Positions 13,861 through 25,754 of a DNA stretch of 64,000 nt are shown piece after piece (positions within the stretch are counted from its first letter, which is position 1; each line of letters opens with the position of its first letter). The notes beneath the pieces are model-generated. The model saw only the letters and a program-made list of their open reading frames with translations, was not told where the DNA came from and made no database searches. Source of the stretch: Octopus vulgaris. Lineage: Eukaryota. Both the position numbers and the translations under genes were made by a program. The stretch is from assembly GCA_951406725.2 (NCBI GenBank), contig OX597831.1, forward strand, positions 57,784,001-57,848,000, given 5' to 3'.

Positions 13861-14268
13861 ACTCTCTTTTACTCTTTTACTTGTTTCAGTCATTTGACTG
13901 CGGCCATGCTGGAGCACCGCCTTTAGTCGAGCAAATCAACCCCAAGACTTATTCTTTGTAAGCCAAGTACTTATTCTATTGGTCACTTTTGCCGAACTGC
14001 TAAGTTACGGGGACGTAAACACACCAGCATCGGTTGTCAAGCGATGTTGGGGGAACAAACACACACACACACACACATACACACACACACAAATATATAT
14101 ACATATATACGACGGGCTTCTTTCAGTTTCCATCTACCAAATCCACTCACAAGGCTTTGGTTAGCCCAAGGCTATAGTAGAAGACACTTGCCCAAGGTGC
14201 CACGCAGTGGGACTGAACCCGGAACCATGTGGTTGTTAAGCAAGCTACTTACCCCACAGCCACTCCTA
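13861..14268 (-). mobile_element. SINE family A
   Basis: Full-length homology. Confidence 0.85.
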
Positions 14269-14639
14269 CTACAGTTAAGATTATACATTGTGTTAATAGA
14301 AACAGGAAGCTAGAAGTGAGGAATAGAATATAATCAAATAAAATATGGTACAGATGCATAAACCTTGAAATAAACTAATGAGGTTACATTTCAGACTTAA
14401 CTGGTAGTATTATTAGCACATACAAATTCATGCTAGTAAATCTACCCATCTATGAGGAAGGCATAAAATGAGTGAGGGAAGTCATAACAGTAGTGCGTAT
14501 TGAGAAATGTGTAAATGGACTTGATAGATTACTGAGTGATGTCTTGGAGAAATCACATCATTGTTGGTGATACAGCATTCCCCTCTCTCTCTTTCGGAGA
14601 GGCACTGAGCAGCTATACGCACACATACATAGACAGCAG

Positions 14640-14785
14640 TAACTTCCACCTACCGAATTCAATCACAAAGCTCTGGTCGGCTCGGGGCTATAGTGGAAGA
14701 CACCTACCCAAAGTGCCACGCAGTGGGACTGAACCCGAAACCATATAGCTAGGAAGCAAGCTCCCTAACCACACAGCCATGCCCC
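14640..14785 (-). mobile_element. SINE family A, diverged 5' part
   Basis: gccacgcagtgggactgaacc...ccacacagcc. Confidence 0.7.
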
Positions 14786-15387
14786 TATTACATATATATG
14801 ACATGTGTTTGTGACTAAGTGACATGTGATAACGATTCACTCCTGAACTGAAATATGCTCCCAGCCTCTGTCTCATGAATGGTTATGTGGACCACTCCTA
14901 ATGAAAGCCAGAGCATCTTCTGACCACTACATAAAAAGTATTAAGCAAAAATGTTATTTAGATATACTTTTATTTTAGTTATTTACTCTATTTTACGCTT
15001 GTTTATACTCTTATATATTCAAAGTTCACAAATTTCCTTATTTGAATTATGAATCCTATTCCTTTTGATAATATCAATATGATTATAAAACTTCTTTGTA
15101 GACGATATTTTCTGTTTGGTCGACACTGATTTTCAAATTACTGGAGTCCGTTGCTCCACTCATAGCGACGTATAACTGGCCGTGTGTAAACATCAGAGTG
15201 GGTAAAAATACACCTACACGATCTAAAGTCTGGCCCTGTGCCTTGATTGTTGTGAATGCAAAAGTTGCATGTTCACTCTCACTTTCTCCTCATTCATCAC
15301 CCTCTTGTACTATCTTATATCTCTCCACACTACTACACACTCAATAATACTATAAAAAGAGTCAAAATCCCTGCAAAAACTTAGTTC

Positions 15388-15480
15388 GATTTGAAGACTC
15401 CACTAGAATGGACGAAAGCGCTAATATATGACATATGATATATGATTTATAAAAACATGTAACATACTAATAAATATAAA
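15388..15480 (+). mobile_element. Left part of a pLTR-like repeat with a degenerate hammerhead; continues at 24310-24350
   Basis: TTGAAGA ctcca ctagaa tggac GAAAGCGCTA atat...aaaaacatgtaa, colinear with the intact relative at 30929-31068. Confidence 0.7.
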
Positions 15481-18400
15481 GAATACGCACAGATCATGAA
15501 TGGCTAAAAGTTAAGTGAATCGTTCAACCTCGCTACGACTACCTTCTTTCTTGCACTTATCCTTACTCTTTCTCTATTCTTCAATTTCCATCTCATTGTA
15601 TTGTCCCTCATTCTTTCAGTATTCCCTCATTACCCTGTCTAGCTCAAACATTTTTTTCGTTTAGACTTGTCTCCAGGTTCATAGCCACTCTGATTTTTCA
15701 ATTTTTCAATTTTTCGTTTAGTATTGTCTCCCGATTCATACTAACCCATTTGCTAGCTCACGATTAACAGAACCTCTTTACTCAGCTACGGTGTTATATT
15801 AGCTATCAATAATGATATTCCCTCTGATTTTTCTGATTTTCAAACCTATTTATCTAATGTTTATTTATCGACAATGCCGTCCCCAGTCAAATTCCCTCAC
15901 ACCGCTTATTGTCACGTGTCCCTTGACCTCTCTCTCTAACTAACCCTATCTCTCTCTCGCTATGTTCCCCCCTTCCCATAACCATCATCGCCATGGTCCT
16001 CTATGCCCCCCCACTCCCCAAAACCATCATCGCCATACATAAAAGAGCGATCGCATTTATCGTTAACCCCACTCGCTTCAAAATATCTAAAGAATACGCA
16101 CAGATCATGAATGGCTAAAAGTTAAGTGAATCGTTCAACCTCGCTACGACTACCTTCTTTCTTGCACTTATCCTTACTCTTTCTCTATTCTTCAATTTCC
16201 ATCTCATTGTATTGTCCCTCATTCTTTCAGTATTCCCTCATTACCCTGTCTAGCTCAAACATTTTTTTCGTTTAGACTTGTCTCCAGGTTCATAGCCACT
16301 CTGATTTTTCAATTTTTCAATTTTTCGTTTAGTATTGTCTCCCGATTCATACTAACCCATTTGCTAGCTCACGATTAACAGAACCTCTTTACTCAGCTAC
16401 GGTGTTATATTAGCTATCAATAATGATATTCCCTCTGATTTTTCTGATTTTCAAACCTATTTATCTAATGTTTATTTATCGACAATGCCGTCCCCAGTCA
16501 AATTCCCTCACACCGCTTATTGTCACGTGTCCCTTGACCTCTCTCTCTAACTAACCCTATCTCTCTCTCGCTATGTTCCCCCCTTCCCATAACCATCATC
16601 GCCATGGTCCTCTATGCCCCCCCCCCACTCCCCAAAACCATCATCGCCATACATAAAAGAGCGATCGCATTTATCGTTAACCCCACTCGCTTCAAAATAT
16701 CTAAAGAATACGCACAGATCATGAATGGCTAAAAGTTAAGTGAATCGTTCAACCTCGCTACGACTACCTTCTTTCTTGCACTTATCCTTACTCTTTCTCT
16801 ATTCTTCAATTTCCATCTCATTGTATTGTCCCTCATTCTTTCAGTATTCCCTCATTACCCTGTCTAGCTCAAACATTTTTTTCGTTTAGACTTGTCTCCA
16901 GGTTCATAGCCACTCTGATTTTTCAATTTTTCAATTTTTCGTTTAGTATTGTCTCCCGATTCATACTAACCCATTTGCTAGCTCACGATTAACAGAACCT
17001 CTTTACTCAGCTACGGTGTTATATTAGCTATCAATAATGATATTCCCTCTGATTTTTCTGATTTTCAAACCTATTTATCTAATGTTTATTTATCGACAAT
17101 GCCGTCCCCAGTCAAATTCCCTCACACCGCTTATTGTCACGTGTCCCTTGACCTCTCTCTCTAACTAACCCTATCTCTCTCTCGCTATGTTCCCCCCTTC
17201 CCATAACCATCATCGCCATGGTCCTCTATGCCCCCCCCCCACTCCCCAAAACCATCATCGCCATACATAAAAGAGCGATCGCATTTATCGTTAACCCCAC
17301 TCGCTTCAAAATATCTAAAGAATACGCACAGATCATGAATGGCTAAAAGTTAAGTGAATCGTTCAACCTCGCTACGACTACCTTCTTTCTTGCACTTATC
17401 CTTACTCTTTCTCTATTCTTCAATTTCCATCTCATTGTATTGTCCCTCATTCTTTCAGTATTCCCTCATTACCCTGTCTAGCTCAAACATTTTTTTCGTT
17501 TAGACTTGTCTCCAGGTTCATAGCCACTCTGATTTTTCAATTTTTCAATTTTTCGTTTAGTATTGTCTCCCGATTCATACTAACCCATTTGCTAGCTCAC
17601 GATTAACAGAACCTCTTTACTCAGCTACGGTGTTATATTAGCTATCAATAATGATATTCCCTCTGATTTTTCTGATTTTCAAACCTATTTATCTAATGTT
17701 TATTTATCGACAATGCCGTCCCCAGTCAAATTCCCTCACACCGCTTATTGTCACGTGTCCCTTGACCTCTCTCTCTAACTAACCCTATCTCTCTCTCGCT
17801 ATGTTCCCCCCTTCCCATAACCATCATCGCCATGGTCCTCTATGCCCCCCCCCCACTCCCCAAAACCATCATCGCCATACATAAAAGAGCGATCGCATTT
17901 ATCGTTAACCCCACTCGCTTCAAAATATCTAAAGAATACGCACAGATCATGAATGGCTAAAAGTTAAGTGAATCGTTCAACCTCGCTACGACTACCTTCT
18001 TTCTTGCACTTATCCTTACTCTTTCTCTATTCTTCAATTTCCATCTCATTGTATTGTCCCTCATTCTTTCAGTATTCCCTCATTACCCTGTCTAGCTCAA
18101 ACATTTTTTTCGTTTAGACTTGTCTCCAGGTTCATAGCCACTCTGATTTTTCAATTTTTCAATTTTTCGTTTAGTATTGTCTCCCGATTCATACTAACCC
18201 ATTTGCTAGCTCACGATTAACAGAACCTCTTTACTCAGCTACGGTGTTATATTAGCTATCAATAATGATATTCCCTCTGATTTTTCTGATTTTCAAACCT
18301 ATTTATCTAATGTTTATTTATCGACAATGCCGTCCCCAGTCAAATTCCCTCACACCGCTTATTGTCACGTGTCCCTTGACCTCTCTCTCTAACTAACCCT

Positions 18401-19473
18401 ATCTCTCTCTCGCTATGTTCCCCCCTTCCCATAACCATCATCGCCATGGTCCTCTATGCCCCCCCCCCACTCCCCAAAACCATCATCGCCATACATAAAA
18501 GAGCGATCGCATTTATCGTTAACCCCACTCGCTTCAAAATATCTAAAGAATACGCACAGATCATGAATGGCTAAAAGTTAAGTGAATCGTTCAACCTCGC
18601 TACGACTACCTTCTTTCTTGCACTTATCCTTACTCTTTCTCTATTCTTCAATTTCCATCTCATTGTATTGTCCCTCATTCTTTCAGTATTCCCTCATTAC
18701 CCTGTCTAGCTCAAACATTTTTTTCGTTTAGACTTGTCTCCAGGTTCATAGCCACTCTGATTTTTCAATTTTTCAATTTTTCGTTTAGTATTGTCTCCCG
18801 ATTCATACTAACCCATTTGCTAGCTCACGATTAACAGAACCTCTTTACTCAGCTACGGTGTTATATTAGCTATCAATAATGATATTCCCTCTGATTTTTC
18901 TGATTTTCAAACCTATTTATCTAATGTTTATTTATCGACAATGCCGTCCCCAGTCAAATTCCCTCACACCGCTTATTGTCACGTGTCCCTTGACCTCTCT
19001 CTCTAACTAACCCTATCTCTCTCTCGCTATGTTCCCCCCTTCCCATAACCATCATCGCCATGGTCCTCTATGCCCCCCCCCACTCCCCAAAACCATCATC
19101 GCCATACATAAAAGAGCGATCGCATTTATCGTTAACCCCACTCGCTTCAAAATATCTAAAGAATACGCACAGATCATGAATGGCTAAAAGTTAAGTGAAT
19201 CGTTCAACCTCGCTACGACTACCTTCTTTCTTGCACTTATCCTTACTCTTTCTCTATTCTTCAATTTCCATCTCATTGTATTGTCCCTCATTCTTTCAGT
19301 ATTCCCTCATTACCCTGTCTAGCTCAAACATTTTTTTCGTTTAGACTTGTCTCCAGGTTCATAGCCACTCTGATTTTTCAATTTTTCAATTTTTCGTTTA
19401 GTATTGTCTCCCGATTCATACTAACCCATTTGCTAGCTCACGATTAACAGAACCTCTTTACTCAGCTACGGTG
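15478..19473 (+). repeat. Tandem array of ~614-bp units (one 5'-partial plus 6 full)
   Basis: gaatacgcac recurs at 15481, 16092, 16706, 17320, 17934, 18548 and 19161; units differ visibly only in a poly-C run. Confidence 0.97.
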
Positions 19474-19478
19474 CACCC

Positions 19479-20389
19479 GCCCTCCCACCCCCACCACGCA
19501 TGCCCTCCCACCCCCACCACGCATGCCCTCCCACCCCCACCACGCATGCCCTCCCACCCCCACCACGCATGCCCTCCCACCCCCACCACGCATGCCCTCC
19601 CACCCCCACCACGCATGCCCTCCCACCCCCACCACGCATGCCCTCCCACCCCCACCACGCATGCCCTCCCACCCCCACCACGCATGCCCTCCCACCCCCA
19701 CCACGCATGCCCTCCCACCCCCACCACGCATGCCCTCCCACCCCCACCACGCATGCCCTCCCACCCCCACCACGCATGCCCTCCCACCCCCACCACGCAT
19801 GCCCTCCCACCCCCACCACGCATGCCCTCCCACCCCCCTCCCACCCCCACCACGCATGCCCTCCCACCCCCACCACGCATGCCCTCCCACCCCCACCACG
19901 CATGCCCTCCCACCCCCACCACGCATGCCCTCCCACCCCCACCACGCATGCCCTCCCACCCCCACCACGCATGCCCTCCCACCCCCACCACGCATGCCCT
20001 CCCACCCCCACCACGCATGCCCTCCCACCCCCACCACGCATGCCCTCCCACCCCCACCACGCATGCCCTCCCACCCCCACCACGCATGCCCTCCCACCCC
20101 CACCACGCATGCCCTCCCACCCCCACCACGCATGCCCTCCCACCCCCACCACGCATGCCCTCCCACCCCCACCACGCATGCCCTCCCACCCCCACCACGC
20201 ATGCCCTCCCACCCCCACCACGCATGCCCTCCCACCCCCACCACGCATGCCCTCCCACCCCCACCACGCATGCCCTCCCACCCCCACCACGCATGCCCTC
20301 CCACCCCCACCACGCATGCCCTCCCACCCCCACCACGCATGCCCTCCCACCCCCACCACGCATGCCCTCCCACCCCCACCACGCATGCC
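19479..20389 (+). repeat. 23-bp minisatellite (CACGCATGCCCTCCCACCCCCAC), ~39 copies
   Basis: Direct reading; one shortened unit near 19835. Confidence 0.97.
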
Positions 20390-20491
20390 GGAAGTTCCTA
20401 TTCTCTTCCATTCCGGGGTTGCTTCCCATGAAGACTGCAAATGCTCTCACCATCCCTACCCCTCCCTACCCCTAGTCTCGACCTATGTAAG

Positions 20492-20607
20492 GTAATGTTC
20501 ATACAGTGCAAAATATGAAAGGCTAGCGTTATGCAGGTTGTACTGAAGGCTACTTTACTACTTCATTTTTGCACATGAATTCTGCCAAATGCGAGCTTTC
20601 TTTTCAG
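20492..20607 (+). other. Putative GT-AG intron in the LINE 5' region
   Basis: AAG|gtaatg ... ctttcttttcag|GTA; splicing would join ATG 20441 in frame to the ORF. Confidence 0.4.
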
Positions 20608-23600
20608 GTACACGAAGCTACTGTCCACCGTCCCAGGGTCTCTAGAGCCCATGCCTTCCACACCCTCAGGGTTGGCACCCTCAACGTTGGCACTCTGAAA
20701 GGTAGGTCTGGTGAGATAGTCGAGATGCTTGAACGGAGATGTGTGGATATATGTTGCATGCAAGAAATAAGGTGGAGAGGAGGATCAGCTAGGTTCCTCA
20801 CAGGCAAGGAACGCAGGTACAAGATTTTCTGGGCAGGGAATACTGACGGGGTTGGTGGCGTGGGTATACTTATCGCTGAGAAATGGGTAGATAAAGTAAT
20901 TGAGGTAATCAGAGTAAGTGACAGAATACTTAAGATTAGATTAGTGCTTCATCATAGTTTAGCAACCATTATATCAGCCTATGCTCCTCAGTCGGGGCTA
21001 CCCGATGGACAGAAAGACCGATTCTATGACACTCTACTGCAGACTACCTCATTGACGAACGACAGAGACCTTATCTTTGTGGCTGGTGACTTCAATGGTC
21101 ACGTTGGACGACATGCTGGGGGCTTCCATGGCGTACATGGAGGCTACGGCTATGGCTCCCGCAACGAGGAGGGAACCAGGCTGCTGGAGTTCTGCGATGC
21201 AAATAATCTTATGATTTGCAACACTAACTTCAGGAAACCTACCAGCCACCTAGTCACTTACCAATCGGGCCAACATACCAGCCAAATTGACTACATCCTT
21301 ACAAGGCAAAGGGAGAGATGGCTGCTTATAAATGCCAAAACCTTCCCAGGTGAAGAATGTACCCCACAACATAGACTGGTAGTTAGTGACTTTAGGATCA
21401 GGACTAGGAGGACAACCAGAAGACGACAAATATGGAGAAGAAGGATCTGGAAGCTTAAAGATCCTGCAAATGGACAGAGATTTAGGGACATATTACTTGA
21501 AGCCTCTGACGAAGTAGAAGGGGATAGAGCATCACAGGGGGTAGAAGACAGCTGGACGTTTCTAAGGGACAACCTGCTGAGAGCCACTGACCAGATCTGT
21601 GGCTGGTGCAAAGTCCCCTCTCGACCTAGAATAACGTGGTGGTGGAACAATATTGTAGACAGGGCTATTAGAGAAAAGAGACAGGCTTGGAAGGTCTGGA
21701 AAAATGGGGGTAGCAGGGAATTGTATCAGACTGCCAAAAGAGAAGCTAGGAGACAGGTTTATTTAGCCAGAGGGGAAGCAGATAAGAAAAAATTTGCCAA
21801 TGTTCTGCGCCGTGAGGACCAAAGACTGGAGGTGTTTCGTGTTGCAAGACAGTGTGTGAGAGAGAATCGTGATGTGGTAGGAGAGAAGTGTGTTCGCATG
21901 GAAGATGGTTCACTTGCGCTAAATGAGGATGCAAAGAGAGAGGTTTGGAGATGCCACTATGAAAGGTTGCTGAATGAAGAAAATGAATGGGATAAAGAGA
22001 GTCTGCCGAATGTTGACCCAACAGAGGGACCAGCTATCCGAGTTGATAGTTCTGTGGTAGCTAAGGCAATTAGAAGCATGAAGACAGGGAAAGCCCCAGG
22101 CCCATCAGGAATCACTGCAGAGATGCTCAAAATGTCTGGTAGTGTCGGCTATAGCCTAGTCACCCATATAGTTAATCAGGTGATACACAAAGGGGTCATA
22201 CCCAATGACTGGTGTAGCAGTATAATAGTCAACTGCTACAAAGGTAAAGGTGATGCCCTAGATACAAACAACTACAGAGGTATCAAGCTGTTGGACCAGG
22301 TGATGAAGGTTACGGAGAGGGTCATAGCCCAACTAATTAGAGAGAGAGTTAGTTTAGATGAGATGCAGTTTGGGTTTGTGCCAGGGAAAAGTACTACTGA
22401 TGCTATATTCCTGGTAAGGCAGCTGCAGGAGAAATACCTAGCCAAAGATAAGCCCCTGTACCTGGCTTTTGTTGACATGGAGAAAGCCTTCGACAGGGTC
22501 CCCCGATCCCTTATCTGGTGGGCAATGAGAAAACTAGGGATAGATGAATGGTTAGTGAGAGCTGTGCGGGCCATGTATAGGGACGCCGCTAGTAGGGTGA
22601 GGGTTGGAAATGAGTACAGTGAAGAATTCCGGGTAGAGGTAGGGGTCCACCAAGGCTCAGTACTCAGCCCCCTCCTATTTATCATAGTCCTCCAGGCAAT
22701 AACGGAGGAATTCAAGACAGGATGCCCTTGGGAGCTCCTCTATGCTGATGACCTTGCTCTAATTGCTGAGTCGCTATCAGAACTGGAGGAGAAGTTTCAG
22801 GTGTGGAAACAAGGATTAGAATCGAAGGGCCTCAGAGTCAATCTAGCTAAAACCAAAGTCGTAATCAGTAGGAAGGTAGACAAATCACAAACACCTTCAG
22901 GTAGATGGCCCTGCTCGATCTGTAGAAAAGGTGTAGGTAGAAACTCTATAAGATGCACCAAGTGTAAGCTATGGACACATAAGAGATGCAGCAATGTCAA
23001 AGGAAGGCTAACTAGGAAGATGGTTTTTGTATGTGGCAGATGCTCAGGAACAATAAACACTGAAAATGCTCTGAGACCAACTTCTGTCACTTTCCAGGGA
23101 GAAAAACTAGAAATAGTTGATAGTTTCCGTTACCTAGGTGACCAAGTCAGCAGCGGGGGCGGGTGTGCTGAAAGTGTAACTGCTAGAGTAAGAATAGCTT
23201 GGGCAAAGTTCAGAGAGCTCTTACCTCTGCTGGTGACAAAAGGCCTCTCGCACAGAGTGAAAGGCAGACTGTATGATGCGTGTGTACGAACAGCCATGCT
23301 ACATGGCAGTGAAACATGGGCCGTGACTGCTGAGGATATGCGTAAGCTCGCTAGAAATGAAGCCAGTATGCTCCGATGGATGTGTAATGCCAGTACTCAC
23401 ACTCGGCAGAGTGTAAGTACCTTGAGAGAAAAGCTGGACCTAAGAAGCATCAGTTGTGGTGTGCAAGAGAGACGTTTGCGCTGGTATGGTCATGTGGCGA
23501 GAATGGATGAAGATAGTTGTGTGAAAAAGTGCCACACCCTAGCGGTTGAGGGAACCTGTGGAAGAGGCAGACCCAGGAAAACCTGGGACGAGGTGGTGAA

Positions 23601-23637
23601 GCACGACCTTCGAACTTTAGGTCTCACCGAGAAATGA
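20569..23637 (+). CDS. RTE-clade non-LTR retrotransposon polyprotein: APE endonuclease, reverse transcriptase, inserted PHD finger
   Basis: APE motifs (TLNVGTL, MQEIR, SAYAPQ, GDFNGH, QIDYIL, HRLV); RT motifs (KAPGP, YRGIKLL, QFGF, DMEKAFD, GVHQGSVLSP, YADD at 22741, FRYLG); RTE C-terminus LRWYGHV..RGRPRKTW. Confidence 0.95.
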   Translation: MHMNSAKCELSFQVHEATVHRPRVSRAHAFHTLRVGTLNVGTLKGRSGEIVEMLERRCVDICCMQEIRWRGGSARFLTGKERRYKIFWAGNTDGVGGVGILIAEKWVDKVIEVIRVSDRILKIRLVLHHSLATIISAYAPQSGLPDGQKDRFYDTLLQTTSLTNDRDLIFVAGDFNGHVGRHAGGFHGVHGGYGYGSRNEEGTRLLEFCDANNLMICNTNFRKPTSHLVTYQSGQHTSQIDYILTRQRERWLLINAKTFPGEECTPQHRLVVSDFRIRTRRTTRRRQIWRRRIWKLKDPANGQRFRDILLEASDEVEGDRASQGVEDSWTFLRDNLLRATDQICGWCKVPSRPRITWWWNNIVDRAIREKRQAWKVWKNGGSRELYQTAKREARRQVYLARGEADKKKFANVLRREDQRLEVFRVARQCVRENRDVVGEKCVRMEDGSLALNEDAKREVWRCHYERLLNEENEWDKESLPNVDPTEGPAIRVDSSVVAKAIRSMKTGKAPGPSGITAEMLKMSGSVGYSLVTHIVNQVIHKGVIPNDWCSSIIVNCYKGKGDALDTNNYRGIKLLDQVMKVTERVIAQLIRERVSLDEMQFGFVPGKSTTDAIFLVRQLQEKYLAKDKPLYLAFVDMEKAFDRVPRSLIWWAMRKLGIDEWLVRAVRAMYRDAASRVRVGNEYSEEFRVEVGVHQGSVLSPLLFIIVLQAITEEFKTGCPWELLYADDLALIAESLSELEEKFQVWKQGLESKGLRVNLAKTKVVISRKVDKSQTPSGRWPCSICRKGVGRNSIRCTKCKLWTHKRCSNVKGRLTRKMVFVCGRCSGTINTENALRPTSVTFQGEKLEIVDSFRYLGDQVSSGGGCAESVTARVRIAWAKFRELLPLLVTKGLSHRVKGRLYDACVRTAMLHGSETWAVTAEDMRKLARNEASMLRWMCNASTHTRQSVSTLREKLDLRSISCGVQERRLRWYGHVARMDEDSCVKKCHTLAVEGTCGRGRPRKTWDEVVKHDLRTLGLTEK

Positions 23638-24310
23638 CTAGAGACCGAGACCTCTGGAAGTGTGCTGTGCGCGAGAAGACCCGGCAGGACAAGTGAGTCC
23701 ACAACCCGTGGCCTTCTACATGGGATGGAGCCAGCCTACGTATGCATACCTTCCCTTCTTGGGACACAAAACTCTACTTGTGAAGACGTGTTGAGGCAAG
23801 TGAGGATCAGAATCGAAATCGATCAATGGAAATTGCGGATGTGCTACCAGTGCCGGTGGCATGTCGAAACTCTGCTTGTGAAGACCCATTGAGGCAAGTG
23901 AGGATCAGAATCGAAATCGATCAATGGAAATCGATCAATGGAAATTGCAGATGTGTTACCAGTGCCGGTGGCATGTAAGAGAACCTTCCGTTTCGCGACC
24001 GTTGCCAGCACCGCCCCGTTTCGTGTTCGTTGCCAGCCTCGCCTGGCCCTCGTGCCGGTGGCACATAAAAAACACCATCCGTTCGTGGCCGTTTGCCAGC
24101 TCTGGCTGGCACCAGTGCGGGTGGCACGTAAAAAGCACCCACTACACTCACGGAGTGGTTGGCGTTAGGAAGGGCATCCAGCCGTAGAAACACTGCCAGA
24201 TTTGACTGGGCCTGATGAAGCCTTCTGGCTTCACAGACCCCAGCAGAACCGTCCAACCCATGCTAGCATGGAAAACGGACGCTAAATGATGATGATGATG
24301 ATGATGATGA
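23638..24310 (+). mobile_element. RTE LINE 3' UTR with an internal ~100-bp duplication and (GAT)n tail
   Basis: Duplicated gaggcaagtgaggatcagaatcgaaatcg (~23793 and ~23892); tail 24286-24310; homologous to 2230-2612. Confidence 0.9.
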
Positions 24311-24382
24311 TAAAACCATCCGGATTTCTGAGTACCTCATTTCTTCTAATATATATATATATACATCTTTATATAAATTTAC

Positions 24383-24417
<35 letters not shown>

Positions 24418-24441
24418 TATATATACATACACATACGTACA

Positions 24442-24484
<43 letters not shown>

Positions 24485-24639
24485 ACATATACACACATAT
24501 ATGCATACATACATACATATATAGTGAAAATAATAAAAATGAAACTATTAAAAGTGAAACTATCGAAAGTGACTCCATATAAAAGTAAAAGTATTATATC
24601 ACACTACAATAGAGATGTTATTGTTTCACTTTTGACACG

Positions 24640-24850
24640 TAATACTGAAACAGTCTAAGTGATTGCTCCGGGCCCGCATTAGGCAAGAAGTTGAAAATTT
24701 TTTTGGCCCATGACACTCCATGGGCTGTGAGTAATGCATGTGTAAAATTTGAATAGAATCAGTTGGGTAATTTCTGAGTTTTAGTGATGCACGCATACAG
24801 ACATACATACATACATACAGACAAACATTCTCAGTTTTATATATATAGAT
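24640..24850 (-). mobile_element. Helitron-like non-autonomous fragment (5' end)
   Basis: Minus strand starts ATCTATATATATAAAACTGAGAATGTTTGTCTG, similar in layout to 11284-11652. Confidence 0.55.
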
Positions 24851-25135
24851 TACCTTGTGATATACTTTCTACTGTGATGTGTGAACTACAATCAAGGAAT
24901 AAATTGTTATATTTGATTTAATAGAAGAAACATGCCTTTTTACATTTTTTCACATCTACGTAAAATACATACGTTTGAGACCTTCTTACACGCACGTAAT
25001 AAAATATGCTATCTAAATATTGAACAGATTTCCTTGTGTTTAAAATAAACCAGTTTCAGAAAGGACAATAAGTGAGAAATGTTTTGCGAAGTTGAGTTGT
25101 GTCCCACAAAAGAGGTTCAGAAACTGTAGGGTATT

Positions 25136-25344
25136 ACTCTTTTACTCTTTTACTTGTTTCAGTCATTTGACTGTGGCCATGCTGGAGCACCACCTTTAGT
25201 TGAGCAAATTGATCCCAGGACTTAATCTTTATAAGCCTAGTACTTATTCTATCGGTCTCTTATGCCGAACTGCTAAGTTACGGGAACGTAAATACACCAG
25301 CATCGGTTGTCAAGCGATATTGAGGGGACAAACACAGACACACG

Positions 25345-25407
<63 letters not shown>

Positions 25408-25566
25408 GATGAGCTTCTTTCAGTTTCCGTCTGCTAAATCCACTCACAAGGCTTTGGTCGGCCCAAGGCTATAGAAGAAGACACTTGCCCAAGGTGCCAT
25501 GCATTGGGACTGAACCTGAAACCATGTGGTTGGTAAGCAAGCTACTTACCACACAGCCATTCCTAC
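25136..25566 (-). mobile_element. SINE family A
   Basis: Full-length homology. Confidence 0.85.
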
Positions 25567-25754
25567 AATGTTTAATGTCAAATTGGATGAAACTACATTC
25601 TTTCTAGTTTAGTAATGAATTAAACAAGGTAATCATGGAACTGGTATTGTTTCCATAGTTGGAAAGCTAACTTAAGTTTGGGGTTTATATCATTATAAAA
25701 ATGTATTTACTAATAGTTTTTAACATAAGCACAGGAGTGGCTGTGTGGTAAGCA

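Noticed and set aside
15478-20389. CRISPR-like array
   Set aside because: Units are contiguous and identical, with no unique spacers and no cas genes; eukaryotic context
20387-20445. HDV-like ribozyme at the RTE 5' end (ccggaa...ttccgg gg)
   Set aside because: Could not build P2/P3 or the catalytic J4/2 by eye; needs a descriptor search
19458-20495. Six 300-330-aa ORFs (PPTPTTHA / GGGGRACVV repeats)
   Set aside because: All six frames are open because the 23-bp unit has no stop codon; translation of a minisatellite
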